This document shows, piece by piece, positions 12,613 to 25,023 of a stretch of DNA of 64,000 nt. The first letter of the stretch is position 1. Each line of letters starts with the position of its first letter. This stretch comes from Euglena gracilis (lineage: Eukaryota). The DNA lies in NCBI GenBank assembly GCA_039621445.1, contig CP154954.1, forward strand, positions 11,774,716 through 11,838,715, written 5' to 3'. The notes under the pieces were generated by a model. The model did no database searches and was not told the DNA's origin. It saw nothing but the letters and a program-made list of their open reading frames with translations. A program made the translations under genes and the position numbers.

Positions 12613-14277
12613 CTTCTGGTTGCTTGTGTGGTTAGTTCAACGTCCTTCCCCTGATGTCTTGTTATATGCCAATGATACTCCCCTGAATTGTTATATATTT
12701 TATTTTATTTTATTTTATTCATTCTCCTCCCTTCCCGCAATAAATGCTAATTAAGCCCCTTTCGCGTTGCCTGTACCCGCCCAGGCTCACCAAACCAAAC
12801 CAAACCAAATTAGAAAATTTTACAATTTTGGTCATTTTGCAACATACATGGAAATTTTGAGCCGGAAATCACATCTTTCCACCAAGAAGGTCCAAAAACA
12901 CCACTTTTGGTATTTTGGTTGGTGGCAAGCTGGTCCTTGGCTGGGAATTCATTTGGTGAAAAATAACAAAAAAAAAACGGCAAAAATTGACGAAAAGTTT
13001 GGTCTCAGGTAAAATCTGATCCAGGATAGGAGTTTTTCTTGTCGCAATTATTTCCCAGCAGATACTGGGGGGGGGACCTGAAAAGACCCAAAAATCGCCA
13101 ATTTTGTGAATTTTAGAAATTTCGGCAAATTTGCAACAAAATAACAAAAAATCACCTCGGTTCCCTTGTAGAACGTTCAAGGAATGGCCGGAACTCATTG
13201 TGGAAGGGAAAAAATTGCGAAATTGCAGGAAAATTGCGGAAAATTACGGAAATTGTGGAATAAATTGCGGAAATCAATCCCCTCCTGTCGATAGGCCCAG
13301 CATGGGGTTTTATTTTGGGGTCTCATTTTTGGAGGGTCTTATTTGGGGGGGGGGGTTAATACCCTGGGGTTCACAGAGAAGTGGAGGGAAGGGGGCCCAG
13401 ATCGGCGAAAACTTCGCCACGTGTGAACTTCCCCTCTTCGCATGGGCGCATGGCCTGGGCCACGATTGAAGGGAAAGCCGGGGGGGCAACCTTAAGGGGC
13501 CAAATTTGTATGTTTTTAGTGGGCCAGATGCAAAATAAGCCAAAAACCTTAAAAAAGGGAGGAAAGCTTTAGGGGGGGGGCAAGGTTGTATGTGAGGAGG
13601 GTGGGGGGGGTAGCAAGCGCCTGGGATTTTTTGTTCATTTTCAGAGTAATTTCATGGCTTCGGCCGTTTTTGACCGTTTGAGGGTAAGTTTTTGAACAGT
13701 TTGTCATTTCTAGCCACTTTTAGCAACCGTTGGCTATTTTGTGGCAAAGCTTGCACAATTAAAAGCTGCTTTTAAAAATTTACGTCAATTTTAGACATTT
13801 TGAATAAATGTGTGACCCTGTTTCCTCGTCATATTGAATTTTTCAGCGTTGTATTGTGATATTTTCCATTTTTTTTTCGTTCATTTTACCATTTTTTATT
13901 ATTATTAGCAAAAAAAAGCAAAAAATGTTTACATATTTATGGAGCCAACGTATCCAGAAAGATTGCATCGGACCAGAAGAGGGGGAGGTCGTTGCACAGA
14001 ACCCTGCCCATCCTCTTGAATCCATTTCAACAATTCTTCATTTTCAGAAGGTCTTCAACTTACATGATTTGCGAGTTAACAAATCGACCACAGATACGCA
14101 CACGTCGCCGAAGCTACATTATGTAAACCAGGAAAGCTGCTTTTTTCGGCAAGAACGTACGTACAGAGAGTGGTCCAGTGCTCCATTGGTGTGCTTCTGA
14201 CAATGCGGGCTTGGGTGGGCGTGCATCCAGAAAACTGTCAGCAGCAGCACAACAGGAACTAACGTGTTGTTCCTGTA

Positions 14278-14905
14278 CCTCCCGCCCCCTTGTCCAACGA
14301 CCAAACTAATGTTCGTCTCCCACTGGGGGGGGGGGGCGGTCGCTAAAATGGCCAATGTTCGTCTCCGACCAGGGGGGGTGGTCGTTAGACAAGGGGGGTG
14401 GAGCCCAAGTTGGAGGAAAATTTACCATAGATAGGGGTATATGGCCATTTTTGGGCTGTTTTTGGCCATTTATGCTATTTCTTGACTACGGTTGGCCACT
14501 TTTGGCCATTTTTGGACATTTTTGGGGCACTTTTGGGAATTTTTAGGCAATTTTTGACCGTTTTTCGCCATGTTTGGTCGCTTTTGGCCACTTTTGGCAA
14601 CTGTTGGCCACACTTTGGCCCACTTTGCCCATTTTTGGCCACTTTAGGCTGTTTTTGGCTACGTTTGGCCATTTTTGCCTTATTTTTGCTATTTTTGGCA
14701 ACTTTTTGGGCACTTTTGGCCATCCTTTGGCCATTTTAGGCCATTTTGGGCTATTTTTGACTGTTTTTAGCCAACTTTTAGCCATTTTGGCCGAACCAAC
14801 CATCGTATACAAAAAGATCGTCTCTGACCGGGGGGGGGGGGGGGGGTCGTTAGACAAGCCCGGTCGTTAGACAAGCCCGGTCGTTGGACAAGGGGGGGGG
14901 GGGGG
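14278..14905. mobile_element. TA-flanked MITE (Tc1/mariner-type TSD), copy A
   Basis: TA-CCTCCCGCCCCCTTGTCCAACGACC ... GGTCGTTGGACAAGGGGGG(G)n-TA, giving ~25-bp TIRs. The interior is low-complexity TTTTGGCCA. Confidence 0.75.
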
Positions 14906-17383
14906 TAAGAGGACAAGACACCCGCCTGCGCTAGGGCGGCAGCGGCGAGCGCGTTCGACTGTGTGAGGGGGCTTCTAAGGCAGCCAGCCCAGCGTTGGAA
15001 ACAAGACCACCGGCCAACTAACCAACTAACCAATGGTTTAAGGAGCCCCCCCCCTCAAAAAAAACGGTGGTGTGACGGTATATCAGTGTAGCATAAAAGA
15101 ACGAGGAGATTAAAAGCTAAGCAGGACCCCACAAAATAGGAATTGGCTCCTACAAATCGGAGGGATAAAAAAAGGCACAAGTTGCTCCTTCAATTATTCT
15201 GCCCCAGTTTTAGAAAAAAATATTCTGACAATGCATTGTTAATGTATAATATTTTTTCGTTCATTTGGGAGAATCCCGGATGTGTGTGTATTTTCCTGTT
15301 GAGAAATACCACAAGATACATTTCCATGATGGTGGCAAGGGTAAAACTCTGATATCAAACCAGCCAATCACCGGCAACGGATTTCTTTTTTTGCTTTTGA
15401 GGGGCAATACAGACCAAAAAACACGCAAAAATCGGCAGAAAAAATGCTGGCTAGCACAATATTTAGAAAAAATTGATTTTTTTTGCATCCTTGGACAGTA
15501 TTTTTTTGCAGTTTCTATTTTTTTTTCAACTACCCAGTTCGAACCCAGCAGCCTCTTTCGAGCCAGCCGAAATTTTCCATCCGCACCCGGGCGTCCTCAG
15601 GCGACGCCTTGTTTCCAAATTTCTGTTCTTGTGAGCTTCAGCCTCTTTGGCGATGCTTGGGTCTTCCTGCCTGCGATACTCCAACATGGCAGCTGTCGGA
15701 ATGTGTCCAACTCCCAGGCAGAGGGGGGGATGGAACCACCCGGAATGCATACCTCATCCCAGGGGTCGAATATGTGTCATATTTGTGAAATGATAGGATG
15801 AACCCCCCCCCAAAATAACACCCCCTGGTGTATTATTTTTTCGCCCGGAGTCCCGGCCCGAGGAGGGGCGGTTTTATTTGGGGGGGGGGGTATTATTTTC
15901 GAAATTTTTCGAAGTCCCATTGGAGCCAAAAAAAGCGCCAAAACCCCCCCTTTGGGGTCATTTTTTGTACTTTCTATTGCAATTTATCATTTTTTGGAGG
16001 TCAGATGATCCAGAAAAATCGAATTTTTTTTCGTAATTTGTTGTCAGAGATTGTGATTTTTACCTACATTTTCAGGTTTAAATCCGGGCCTTCGGCCCAG
16101 AACCGGGGGGGGGGGGGGTATTATTTCAGTCGCCAAAGTCAGACCCCGAGGAGGGGGGTATTATTTGGGGGGGGGGGGGTTACACTCATGTTCAATTTCT
16201 GAGTAGCTTTATTTTTTTTCAATCCGATCATTTTTTGGACATTTTAAACTCTTCTTCTTTCAAGCCTTTCTGTGATGATTAATTAGAAATCTAGGCGGAT
16301 TTTTTCCCCTCCGCCCAGGTTCTGGGAAAGAAATGTCTCATCCAGCCTTCTTACTGCAAAATAAATCAAACTCTTCGATGGGGGGGCCCGAGGCTGGAAG
16401 AAGGCAGCTGGCTGGTGGACCCTCCCAGCCAGGGATGAGGTGCCCTCTAGCTTAAGTGATGCCTTGCCTGGAATGCGAGAGACACCTCCTTAAACAAAGA
16501 GGGAAATGGACAGATATGGAGACATGGGTCATGAGCGATGAGCGGATGGGGCGTTTACACCTGGCATGGGCACGGCAATAGCAACCAGGGCACGGGTTCT
16601 TAGTAGAGACTGTATGACAGCTGCAAGCCTCGCATCGTTGCTGAGAGGTGGTCATTAGGACGATAATCAGAACATGGGTTACCATTTGTTGTTATCCGTA
16701 ATTATCCACAAATATCCGTAATTGCAACAGTGCCTGTGCTGACTGGGGACATCCAACCAGAAATTGCTGCAACCAATGAGAACAGAAAGATTGATTGCAA
16801 TATCGACTCAGAAATGCCCACAATAAAAAATTGTCACTGAAAAATGAGTAAGCCGTCCAAAAGCAGCCAGAAACAGCTGGAAAGCAGCGAAGCGGCCTGA
16901 AAAAAAAAAGGCACAAAAGACCAAATCAAATCAAAAAACATATCCAAATATCCACAAAACGGCTGAAAGCGGCCAGAAACAGCCAGAAATGGCCAAAATG
17001 TGGGCTGAAAATGGGAAGCAGCTGAAACAGTCAGAAGTCGTCAAAAGTGACCAAATGCAACCAAAAGCAGGCAGAAATGGCCAAAAGTGTCAAAAGAAGC
17101 AGTCAAAAAAGTAGCCAAAGCATCCAGATGAAGCAGCAAAAAGTGGCCCATAATTGCCAAAAATGGCCTTAACAATCAAAATTTTGGTGTATCCGTAGTT
17201 ATCCGCAGTTATTCATATTGAGGGTTTTTGGGCTTATCGTAGCTATCCGTAATCATCCGTAGTTATCTGTTTCGGTATGAGCCCATCCCTGACACACACC
17301 ACTGCAAAATCTTTTGTAGAAAAAAAACAACAGAGGAGGCAAAAAAATTCTTTGGTCAAATAATGGTCTGTGCTTCAAATCAT

Positions 17384-17561
17384 GACCCAGCTACTGGAAT
17401 ATTTGGTCAATTTGTGTCAGAGGATGAATGAATTGGAACTTTAAAATGAAATACAATGCAAATATCAACCAATATCTGTCTGTCTGTCTGCCCCTCTGTC
17501 TTGTATATAAATCAGGGATAGGGTTAGGGTTGGAGTAAAAAAAAAAAACGTGTTGTGTCAT
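17384..17561 (+). repeat. 178-bp local copy of 18413-18590, present only in copy A
   Basis: Flanked by TCAT at 17380-17383 and 17558-17561. Copy B has a single TCAT (35232-35235). Confidence 0.85.
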
Positions 17562-18543
17562 TAATGTCTTGGAAACAACCACTCCAAATTAAATGTGGGA
17601 GTTTGACGCCACATATGAATTATGCATTACAGAATCAGAAGCCAGGCTCATTGTCTTGTGGGCGGACGATGGTGGGTAGATTGAAGGTCAGCTATCACGG
17701 GGGAGGTGGGTTCGCAAAAGGGCTCCCAGCAAACTGGTCCGCAGCGTGGCGTGCTCCTGCTCCACTGCACCCATCGGGTTCGTTGCACCGGTCTTCGTTC
17801 TTGCAACATGCATCAAATAAACACCATGGCAAACCGGAGCTATCTAGACTTCCGTTCTTCCCAACTCTCCTCTGGACTGAAAAGGGTCTTATAATTTCGG
17901 GGGGGGGGGGGACCTTTGCACAGCTTTCGACGTTCAGCGTTCAAAAATATCAGCACATCGATTCTGCCTGTGCTCCATGGATGTTTTTTTGGTGCGAGGT
18001 ATGCGTATAAAAACGGTGCTGGTTCGGGTGGATTATTTCACATCAAAAACAGCTGCAATCCGGGCATTAGCGCTTCTGGGAGGTCCTTCTTTGGAAACGA
18101 GAGGTGAACATTACTGTGGCCCCTCGTTCTGCAGTGTCTGGGCTGTTTGTGACAAAGGCTGACTGGCCGCAACAGGGGTGGGGGGGGGGGCGACCTTCCT
18201 CCCTCTCTCTCACCCAGAGAACTTCGCAATTACTCAGTTGCATCAGAATGGAGAAAACGAGAAACGACCTTCTGCAGCAGCAAAGGCGCGAACAAAAAGT
18301 TCGCTGTTGACAGGCAGCAGAGAAATATGAAAAATGGACGAAAACGTATCTTGTTAACTCAGAACCGCATAACAGGCAAACGTTACATTGGAAGTTGGGA
18401 ATTACAAAGTGGCATGACCCAGCTACTGGATTATTTGGTCAATTTGTGTCAGAGGATGAATGAATTGGAACTTTAAAATGAAATACAATGCACATATCAA
18501 CCAATATCTGTCTGTCTGTCTGCCCCTCTGTCTTGTATATAAA

Positions 18544-18564
18544 TCAGGGTTAGGGTTAGGGTTG
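18544..18564 (+). repeat. Short interstitial telomeric (TTAGGG) repeat
   Basis: TCAGGGTTAGGGTTAGGGTTG. Also at ~17512-17532 and ~36217-36237, with a degenerate tract at ~52205-52225. Confidence 0.6.
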
Positions 18565-21500
18565 GAGTAAAAAAAAAAAACGCGTTGTGTTTCACGGTTG
18601 TGTTTTGTCAGTGTTTGTGCCAAAAATAGCCAAAACCCCGCCTCCAGCAGGGGACCCCAAGGGCCTTGGGGTCCCCCCACCAACCTACCAGGCCTTCCCA
18701 TATTACTGGGGGCGCAGAATTTTAGTTCAAAATTTTCTTTGCGGGCTTGTGGGGGGTCGACCCCCTATCTGGTCGACCATCCCCACCAGGTCTTCCCATG
18801 CTTCCTATGGGTCGACCACCCCACCCACCACCCATTACCCATTGGGTTTCAGGGATTCCCGAAAGCCCTGGCACACCCACCAACCCTACCCCTCCCTCTC
18901 ACTCGTTGTGTCTCGCATTATTTGTCTGCCTGCTTGTCTGTCTCAGCAACACGTGCAACACACCCTCTGTGCCGGAACAGCCAATTCCAATGAACACACC
19001 CAGAATCATCCAGGGTTATTTTTTGATGGAAGCGCCCTTCCAAATGCTCTTCCAAAAAAAGAATCGTGGTTTTCCCCACATCCCACTGAGGTTGTCCTGT
19101 TTTATGGTATTAAAGCAATTCAATTAAAAAAAAGTATAAAAAATAAAGCATCAGAATCAGAAATCAGAAAGAGAATGGGGGGAGATAAGAAAGGTGATAG
19201 ACAATGAGAGTGGCTGGAAAGGAGTAGAAACACATGTGAACTTGTAGCAGGAGGGGCGACCTAAAAAGAATGCAGCAAACATGGCTGGCACGGTGGCTAT
19301 ATAGTTACCGAGGCTGTGATTTGGAGAAGGGGAGGAGGGAAACCTGGGAATAGCCGACCCGGGAATAGCCGACCACTGGAATATAAAGGCCAAAGCCATA
19401 TTGGCCTCAACAGCCCTTTCCAACAGTGGGTGGTTGGGTGCCAAACTGACTTGAAATGCCAGGAGCACGCATATTTTTATTGACTTTGGCGTAACTCGCA
19501 CAAAAACTTTTTTGGTTGGTCTGCGCAAACACACACACGCCCGGAGTTTGATTTCTTCGCCAGAGCTTCCAGAACCTTGAGAACTTGGATCGAGGGGCAG
19601 CACGAGTGTGACAGATCCGAGCAAATTCTCTTTCTGAGGGCTTTCACTTCCTGCTTTGGCCAAATTTCTTGCTTTTTCCAGCTTTTTGTTTTATTTCTGC
19701 ATGGCACAAAATCCCCAGCGTGCACGACTGGCCCGGAACTCACACACACGCGCGCGCGCGCACACACGCACCCTAGAACTATTATTTCTCTCTCGCTTCT
19801 CCATAGAAATTTTGAGGAACGTTTTATATTAACCTGCCTCAGGGTTTATCACAAAAATAAGGATCCCGAGGAGGCTACCTCTGTACCTGGAGGAGTAGGC
19901 AACCAGGCTCAGAAAGGCTCCACGGAGGAAGGCTCCGGGGGGGCTCCCAGAGCAGCAAAAAATCAGTTTTGCCACAGCATGGTTGGACGTCGGGAAACAC
20001 TCAGAGGTCGACGTTAACGTTAAGAATTACATTTGTTAACTTAAAGAGAGTTAAATTTAGTAGAAACTTGGAAGGAGAAGGTGACTGTAGCTCAGTAGCT
20101 CAGTGGAAAGAGGGTCTGTCCGATACAACCAGGTTTCTCAGGGGCCGGGTCCAGGCCAGGGCCCATGTCCAGGTCCATGTGCAGACTGTACCCTCTGGTA
20201 TGTGGTAAACTGAGAGCACGTCGCGGCTCACGCCCACCGGCGCCACTAGGTCCATGATTCATCCTCAAAGCCCCCGCCACTTGTCCCGTGGATTTTTTTA
20301 GTCAAAATACATGTTTGCAGGTTTGTTGCAGCCAACAAGTCCCGGTGTAGCAACAGCCACCGCCTCCCCCCCCCCCAGGCACAGCCAAAATTTCACACTT
20401 TAGGACCATTTTCATGGAAAAACATCGAAAAATGAAACAATTTTGGGTGAGTGAGGGGGGCTGTGCCTCCTCCCCCTCCCCCCCCCCCTCCCCCTCTTCC
20501 TCACTGAACCACCAGGGTGCAGCCAAAAATTCACCCATTTTTGCCCATCTCCCTTGCACACTTCCCAATTACATACTTTAAACAATTTGACCTGCTGAAA
20601 ACAAGAAAAAAAGGTAGCTGTTCGGTTTGATGAGGCAAACAAAACAAGCAGGAGATTTTCCACAACTTCAGCTGAAGGGATGGATTGCGCAAATGCGTTA
20701 AACTGACCATGTGCACATTTGCGCAGACCAACCATTTGAGTATTTGTGCAAAATGGTCGATGTGCGCATTTGCGCACACCGACTACCTGCGTTTATTTAT
20801 GCCAAATGGTGTGTAATTTTGCGCAAATCGACCACTTGTGGGTTTTTTACTTGAAAAAAATAAACAAATGGTCGATATGCCCAATTTTGCACACGAACCT
20901 TCAGTTCACAAGTAAGACCTGAAAATCTGACATACGCACAAACACCCCCGAATATGAACCCCCCTGTTTTTATATTTGGATGGAAATTTCAAAACCCCCA
21001 GGGGGGTTTAATATTTGGGGGGGTTATATTCGATCGGAAAAATCAACTTCCTGGCGGGATCCAGTAGGAACTTTTTCGGTCCAAAATAACAAACACACCC
21101 ACCCTTGGGGGTCCTAATATCTCACCTTTCAGGCGAAGAAGCAATTTTCACACATTTTTGGTAAAAATTGCTCCCAAATCTGCCAAAAATCACAATTTCA
21201 GGAGAGTTTTTGTCGAAATATTTTCCTTCCAGCGCTTCGCGCCGGAGGGTAGTTTTATATTCGGGCGGGATTTCAAGGCTTTCAGGAGGAGTTATATTTG
21301 GGGGGGATTTGTATTTGGGGGGGGGGGTTATATTTGGGGGGGGGGTATTTCAGTCCATTATTTGTATTTGGGGGGGGGTTATATTTGGGGCGGGGGTATT
21401 TCAGTCCATTAAAAGAGGCGAAATTCTGGAGATGTGTCTTTCATGCCACAATCATTTCTACTCAGCTGCACATCACATCGTCCAACTCATGCGAAACCAT

Positions 21501-23959
21501 CGGCGTGAAATCTGTGTGGAGCACCTGGCAAATACCGCATACATACCAGCCAGTGTGGTCAACCTACCTGTTTCACAGAATAGGACATGAATCTGCCGCA
21601 CCGCCCATATTGCGCAGGATAACTAGAAACCTCCGTAATTGATAACAGAGGTACTGCAAAAAATTGGCACCACCACTGGCGAATTGCCCACACACTGCCC
21701 CACGCCACCCCACACCACCCCCCCCCCCACACCCCTCCACACCCCTCCCTCACCTCCCCACTCACCCCCACTGGCGAGCGGGTGCAATTTTCAATGTGTG
21801 ACGAAGGACGGCTGCATGCAAATGTACCACTGTTTTTATATCATTTTCACGGTTTATGTAAACAGACATGAAAACGATTGGCGGTAGGAGATGAAACATA
21901 CAAGACAAAATTTCTGTCACAAGGCATGACCTACCGAACAGGATGCACTACCTGAGACCGGAATTCCTTCGATATGCAATAGTTTGTAATAATTCACAAT
22001 GGTTGGTGTGCAAATGCGCACATGAATATTTCTCCAAAAAAATGAGTTCCATCCGGAACTCTTAAATTTCGTATCTGTAACCTTCCGGTTTTTTGGGTCT
22101 GGAATCAGCTTTCCAATTTCTTCACCGTGTTCATTGAAATAAAATATTCTCTGTATCCAAAAAAACCACCAGCCTTTTGTTGTTCTTGTGGCTACATTTG
22201 TGATGATGTCAGTCACCTGAAGCATGTCTGCCCCCCCCCCCATTCTGATGACCTGGTCGACCAGGTGCCCTCCCCTGGACCCCCATTGCCCCCCAAATAC
22301 CAGTCAAAATGCCACTTTAGGACTTTTTAAATAATTCCTACCGTTTTTTTTTTGACCCCACAAGTGACATCGATGTAGGAGGCAGATTTCACAGCGATTC
22401 CAAAAATGCGCACAGTAACAGGGAAAAATTGTTTGTTAACCCCCACCCAAACCCCCCCCCACAACCCCACAACCCTGCACCCCCCCCCACTAAGGATAGT
22501 GAGGACCAATTTTTGCAACGGGTATCGCGAGGCGTGAAACAAGCAGATTTTTGTTTTCCCAGATGCGGGGCCGACCTTTGTAGAAAAACGTTGTGAGCAT
22601 GAACAAACCCTTAAATGCGAGTTACGCCGCTAAGACCATGGAGGTGTTACTTCCTCTCTTCCAACAACGAGTCTGTCACTTTTTTATATATAAAAAAAAG
22701 AAGCCAGTCAGTCACCCCCCCCCTGCCAGGGGTGTCAGTCACTGGATACAAGTACTATAATCCAAGGGAAACTGGCCAAATTCTTTTCCGGGTCATTTTA
22801 AAGGAAAGGGGTTTTTTTGCTGACCCCCCCCCTCAAGGATTTGGCCAAAAACCAATTACTTATCCCTGGGGGCAGGCTTGTGGACACAGGGCTTGCCCAC
22901 TGTTTTTTTTCCTGGTACTCTTTTGGTGGTTATGCACTGTGCACAATGAGGTAGAAACGTTGTCCCAAAGCTGTTGCATTGGTGGGAAATTATCCATTGT
23001 CCAATCTGTTTTGAGTATCCCTCATTAAATTATCCATTGCTCAGGAAATGTGGTTGGTGACAAAAATTTCTGATAACACAACGGTTTTCACTTCGCGGTC
23101 CATTCCCAGGCTGAGACGAAGATGCTGGGATGTGGCGTCAGCATATGGCACGGGGTCCGTTGGTGCAGTCCCTGGGATCAATTTTTTTTCAAATTGGTTT
23201 CCTAGAAAACCTAAAAATAATACATTGAATACATTGAATACAAATTCTTTTTTTGAGAAAAAATAAGCAAAACTGCAAAGAGCAGACGCTAAACAGCTTA
23301 CAAAGGGATGGTGTGCATAACGACATACCATTAACTGCATACACTTAAAGAACAAATGCCCTAACAACCATGCAACTGGCCATAAGAAATGAAAAACAGC
23401 TGGCCAAACCTCTCTTGGGTGTGGAGGTCGTGGGTGGGTGGGCCACAATAAAACAGCTTTGTCAAAAATATTTCTCATTATTTTGTCAAATGCACTAAGC
23501 CATTACTGAACCTGGCACTGATTCTCCGGCTGTTGCAGACCCAGGGGGTGCAAGCCAAAATAAGAAACTGCTGGTTGGAGGGGATGTCGGAAGACGTCAA
23601 ATTTTGAATCCTTTGGAAAACAATGAGTGCAAGTGCAAGTGCAACTCCAAGGCTCCTCTGAAAAGGAACTGAAGAATTAATTGTTTTGGCATTAAATCAG
23701 GGACAGTTGAAAGAATACGGGTCATGAACGAAGGAAAGGGTCGCGATTGGCAGAGGCATGGAATGGGCGCCGAGGGCATGGGGAGCAAGCGGAGACTGGC
23801 TATCAGCAGCAAGTTTTTTCACTTTTCATCCTGCTGGGTGGAACGGCGCCGAAATTGAAAACAACTAATGACCAACTACAACCGCTCAAGCAAAACAAAT
23901 GAACGAACAGCGCCACCGGGGTAGTGAGGCAAGGGTTTTTGAACTCTTTGAATTGAAAA

Positions 23960-24130
23960 AGGGGTCAAAAGTGGCCCCCAAAATGGCACTTTCTTGTGGT
24001 TTTGGTTCTTTAGCTCCAAATTTGGCTGGAAAATGCCAACCCAGTTGGGTTTTGGCTTTTCCAGCCAAATTTGGAGCTAAAGAACCAAAAACCACAAGAA
24101 AGTGCCATTTCGGGGCCACTGTTGACCCCT
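23960..24130. repeat. ~170-bp near-perfect palindrome (foldback)
   Basis: Arms AGGGGTCAA...GCTCCAAATTTGGCTGGAAAA and TTTTCCAGCCAAATTTGGAGC...TTGACCCCT, centred on CCCAGTTGGG near 24045. Confidence 0.9.
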
Positions 24131-24794
24131 GATCAGTTGGGTTTTGGCTGTTGGACCTCCACTGAACTTCCCCACCCCAAGGGGGTCAAGTCAACACCTT
24201 TTCCCAGTTCGCCTGCGGACCCCCCTCTGGGGGGGGGGGGAAGGTCCGTAAATCCTGAGGTTGTGACAAACAACACCAGGCGAAATATCTGCCCGAAAAG
24301 CTAAATTTGCCTCGCCAACACGGCAGCGAAATGGACAATGACAGGAGGCTCAAATCCTTCCCAACGATAACCACAGCCACCCCCCCCCTTCATGCGACCA
24401 ATGGTTTGCACCAACGACCAGGGACATTGTACTCAAGACACGATTGCCACAGCAGCAAACCTGGTTGTCTTGTGATTCAAGGGGGCAGCCCTCGTCAGAG
24501 GGTTCTGCTGTGCAATGGGGGGGCTTCTCAAGAAGGGGGGCTATCTGTCGCGTGGCATTCAATTCGGCAATTGAATCCGTTTGGCACACACAATTGCACT
24601 GTCGTAACAAAGCCTGAAAAAAAAAAACAAAGCTGGAAAAAACTTTGCAGTGTGCAAGAAAAAAGTGCAAGGTTTATCTATACTGAAAACGGTCCTTGAC
24701 TTGCTCCTCCAACGGTTGGTATGTGTCATCACAAGCAATATTGCGAATAGTCAATTGCCAAATCACGTTTGTTATTTGAGAAAAAATTAATTTA

Positions 24795-25023
24795 CCCCCC
24801 CCTAGTCGTATGACCGGGTTCCTGCAACCTGTGACCGGGGGGTGGTCGTAAATGAGGTGGCGGTCATACGTAAGGTGGTGTTAATTTTTTCGCAACCTGC
24901 AACCTGTGACCGGGGGGGGGGGGGTCTACGGGGGGGGGGGGGTTATAACACCCCCCACCTGCTGACAACCTGGGTGGGGGGGTGGTCATAATGAGGGGGG
25001 TCATCGGGGGACTTGGGGGGGGG
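24795..25023. mobile_element. 229-bp MITE with TA target duplication, present only in copy A
   Basis: TA (24793-94) CCCCCCCCTAGTC ... GACTTGGGGGGGGG TA (25024-25). The empty site in copy B reads AATT-TA-ACTG (TA at 41771-72). Confidence 0.9.

Larger units (their letters stand above)
5038..12808 (+). mobile_element. Full-length decayed non-LTR retrotransposon (APE-RT-RNase H; Ingi/I-group-like architecture)
   Basis: Perfect 13-bp TSD ATTAGAAAATTTT at 5025-5037 and 12809-12821. The empty site in copy B has one copy (30825-30837). 3' tail (ACCAA)4 at 12789-12808. APE, RT and RNase H motifs occur in order on the + strand. Confidence 0.96.

Noticed and set aside
14355-14870. ORFs rich in FGHF/WPK (also 32310-32875)
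   Set aside because: They are translations of the TTTTGGCCA low-complexity interior of a MITE.
18587-19663. 206-aa and 168-aa ORFs present in both duplicate copies
   Set aside because: Conservation is explained by the recent duplication. They have no recognisable motifs and lack the GC3-rich codon style of the real exons.
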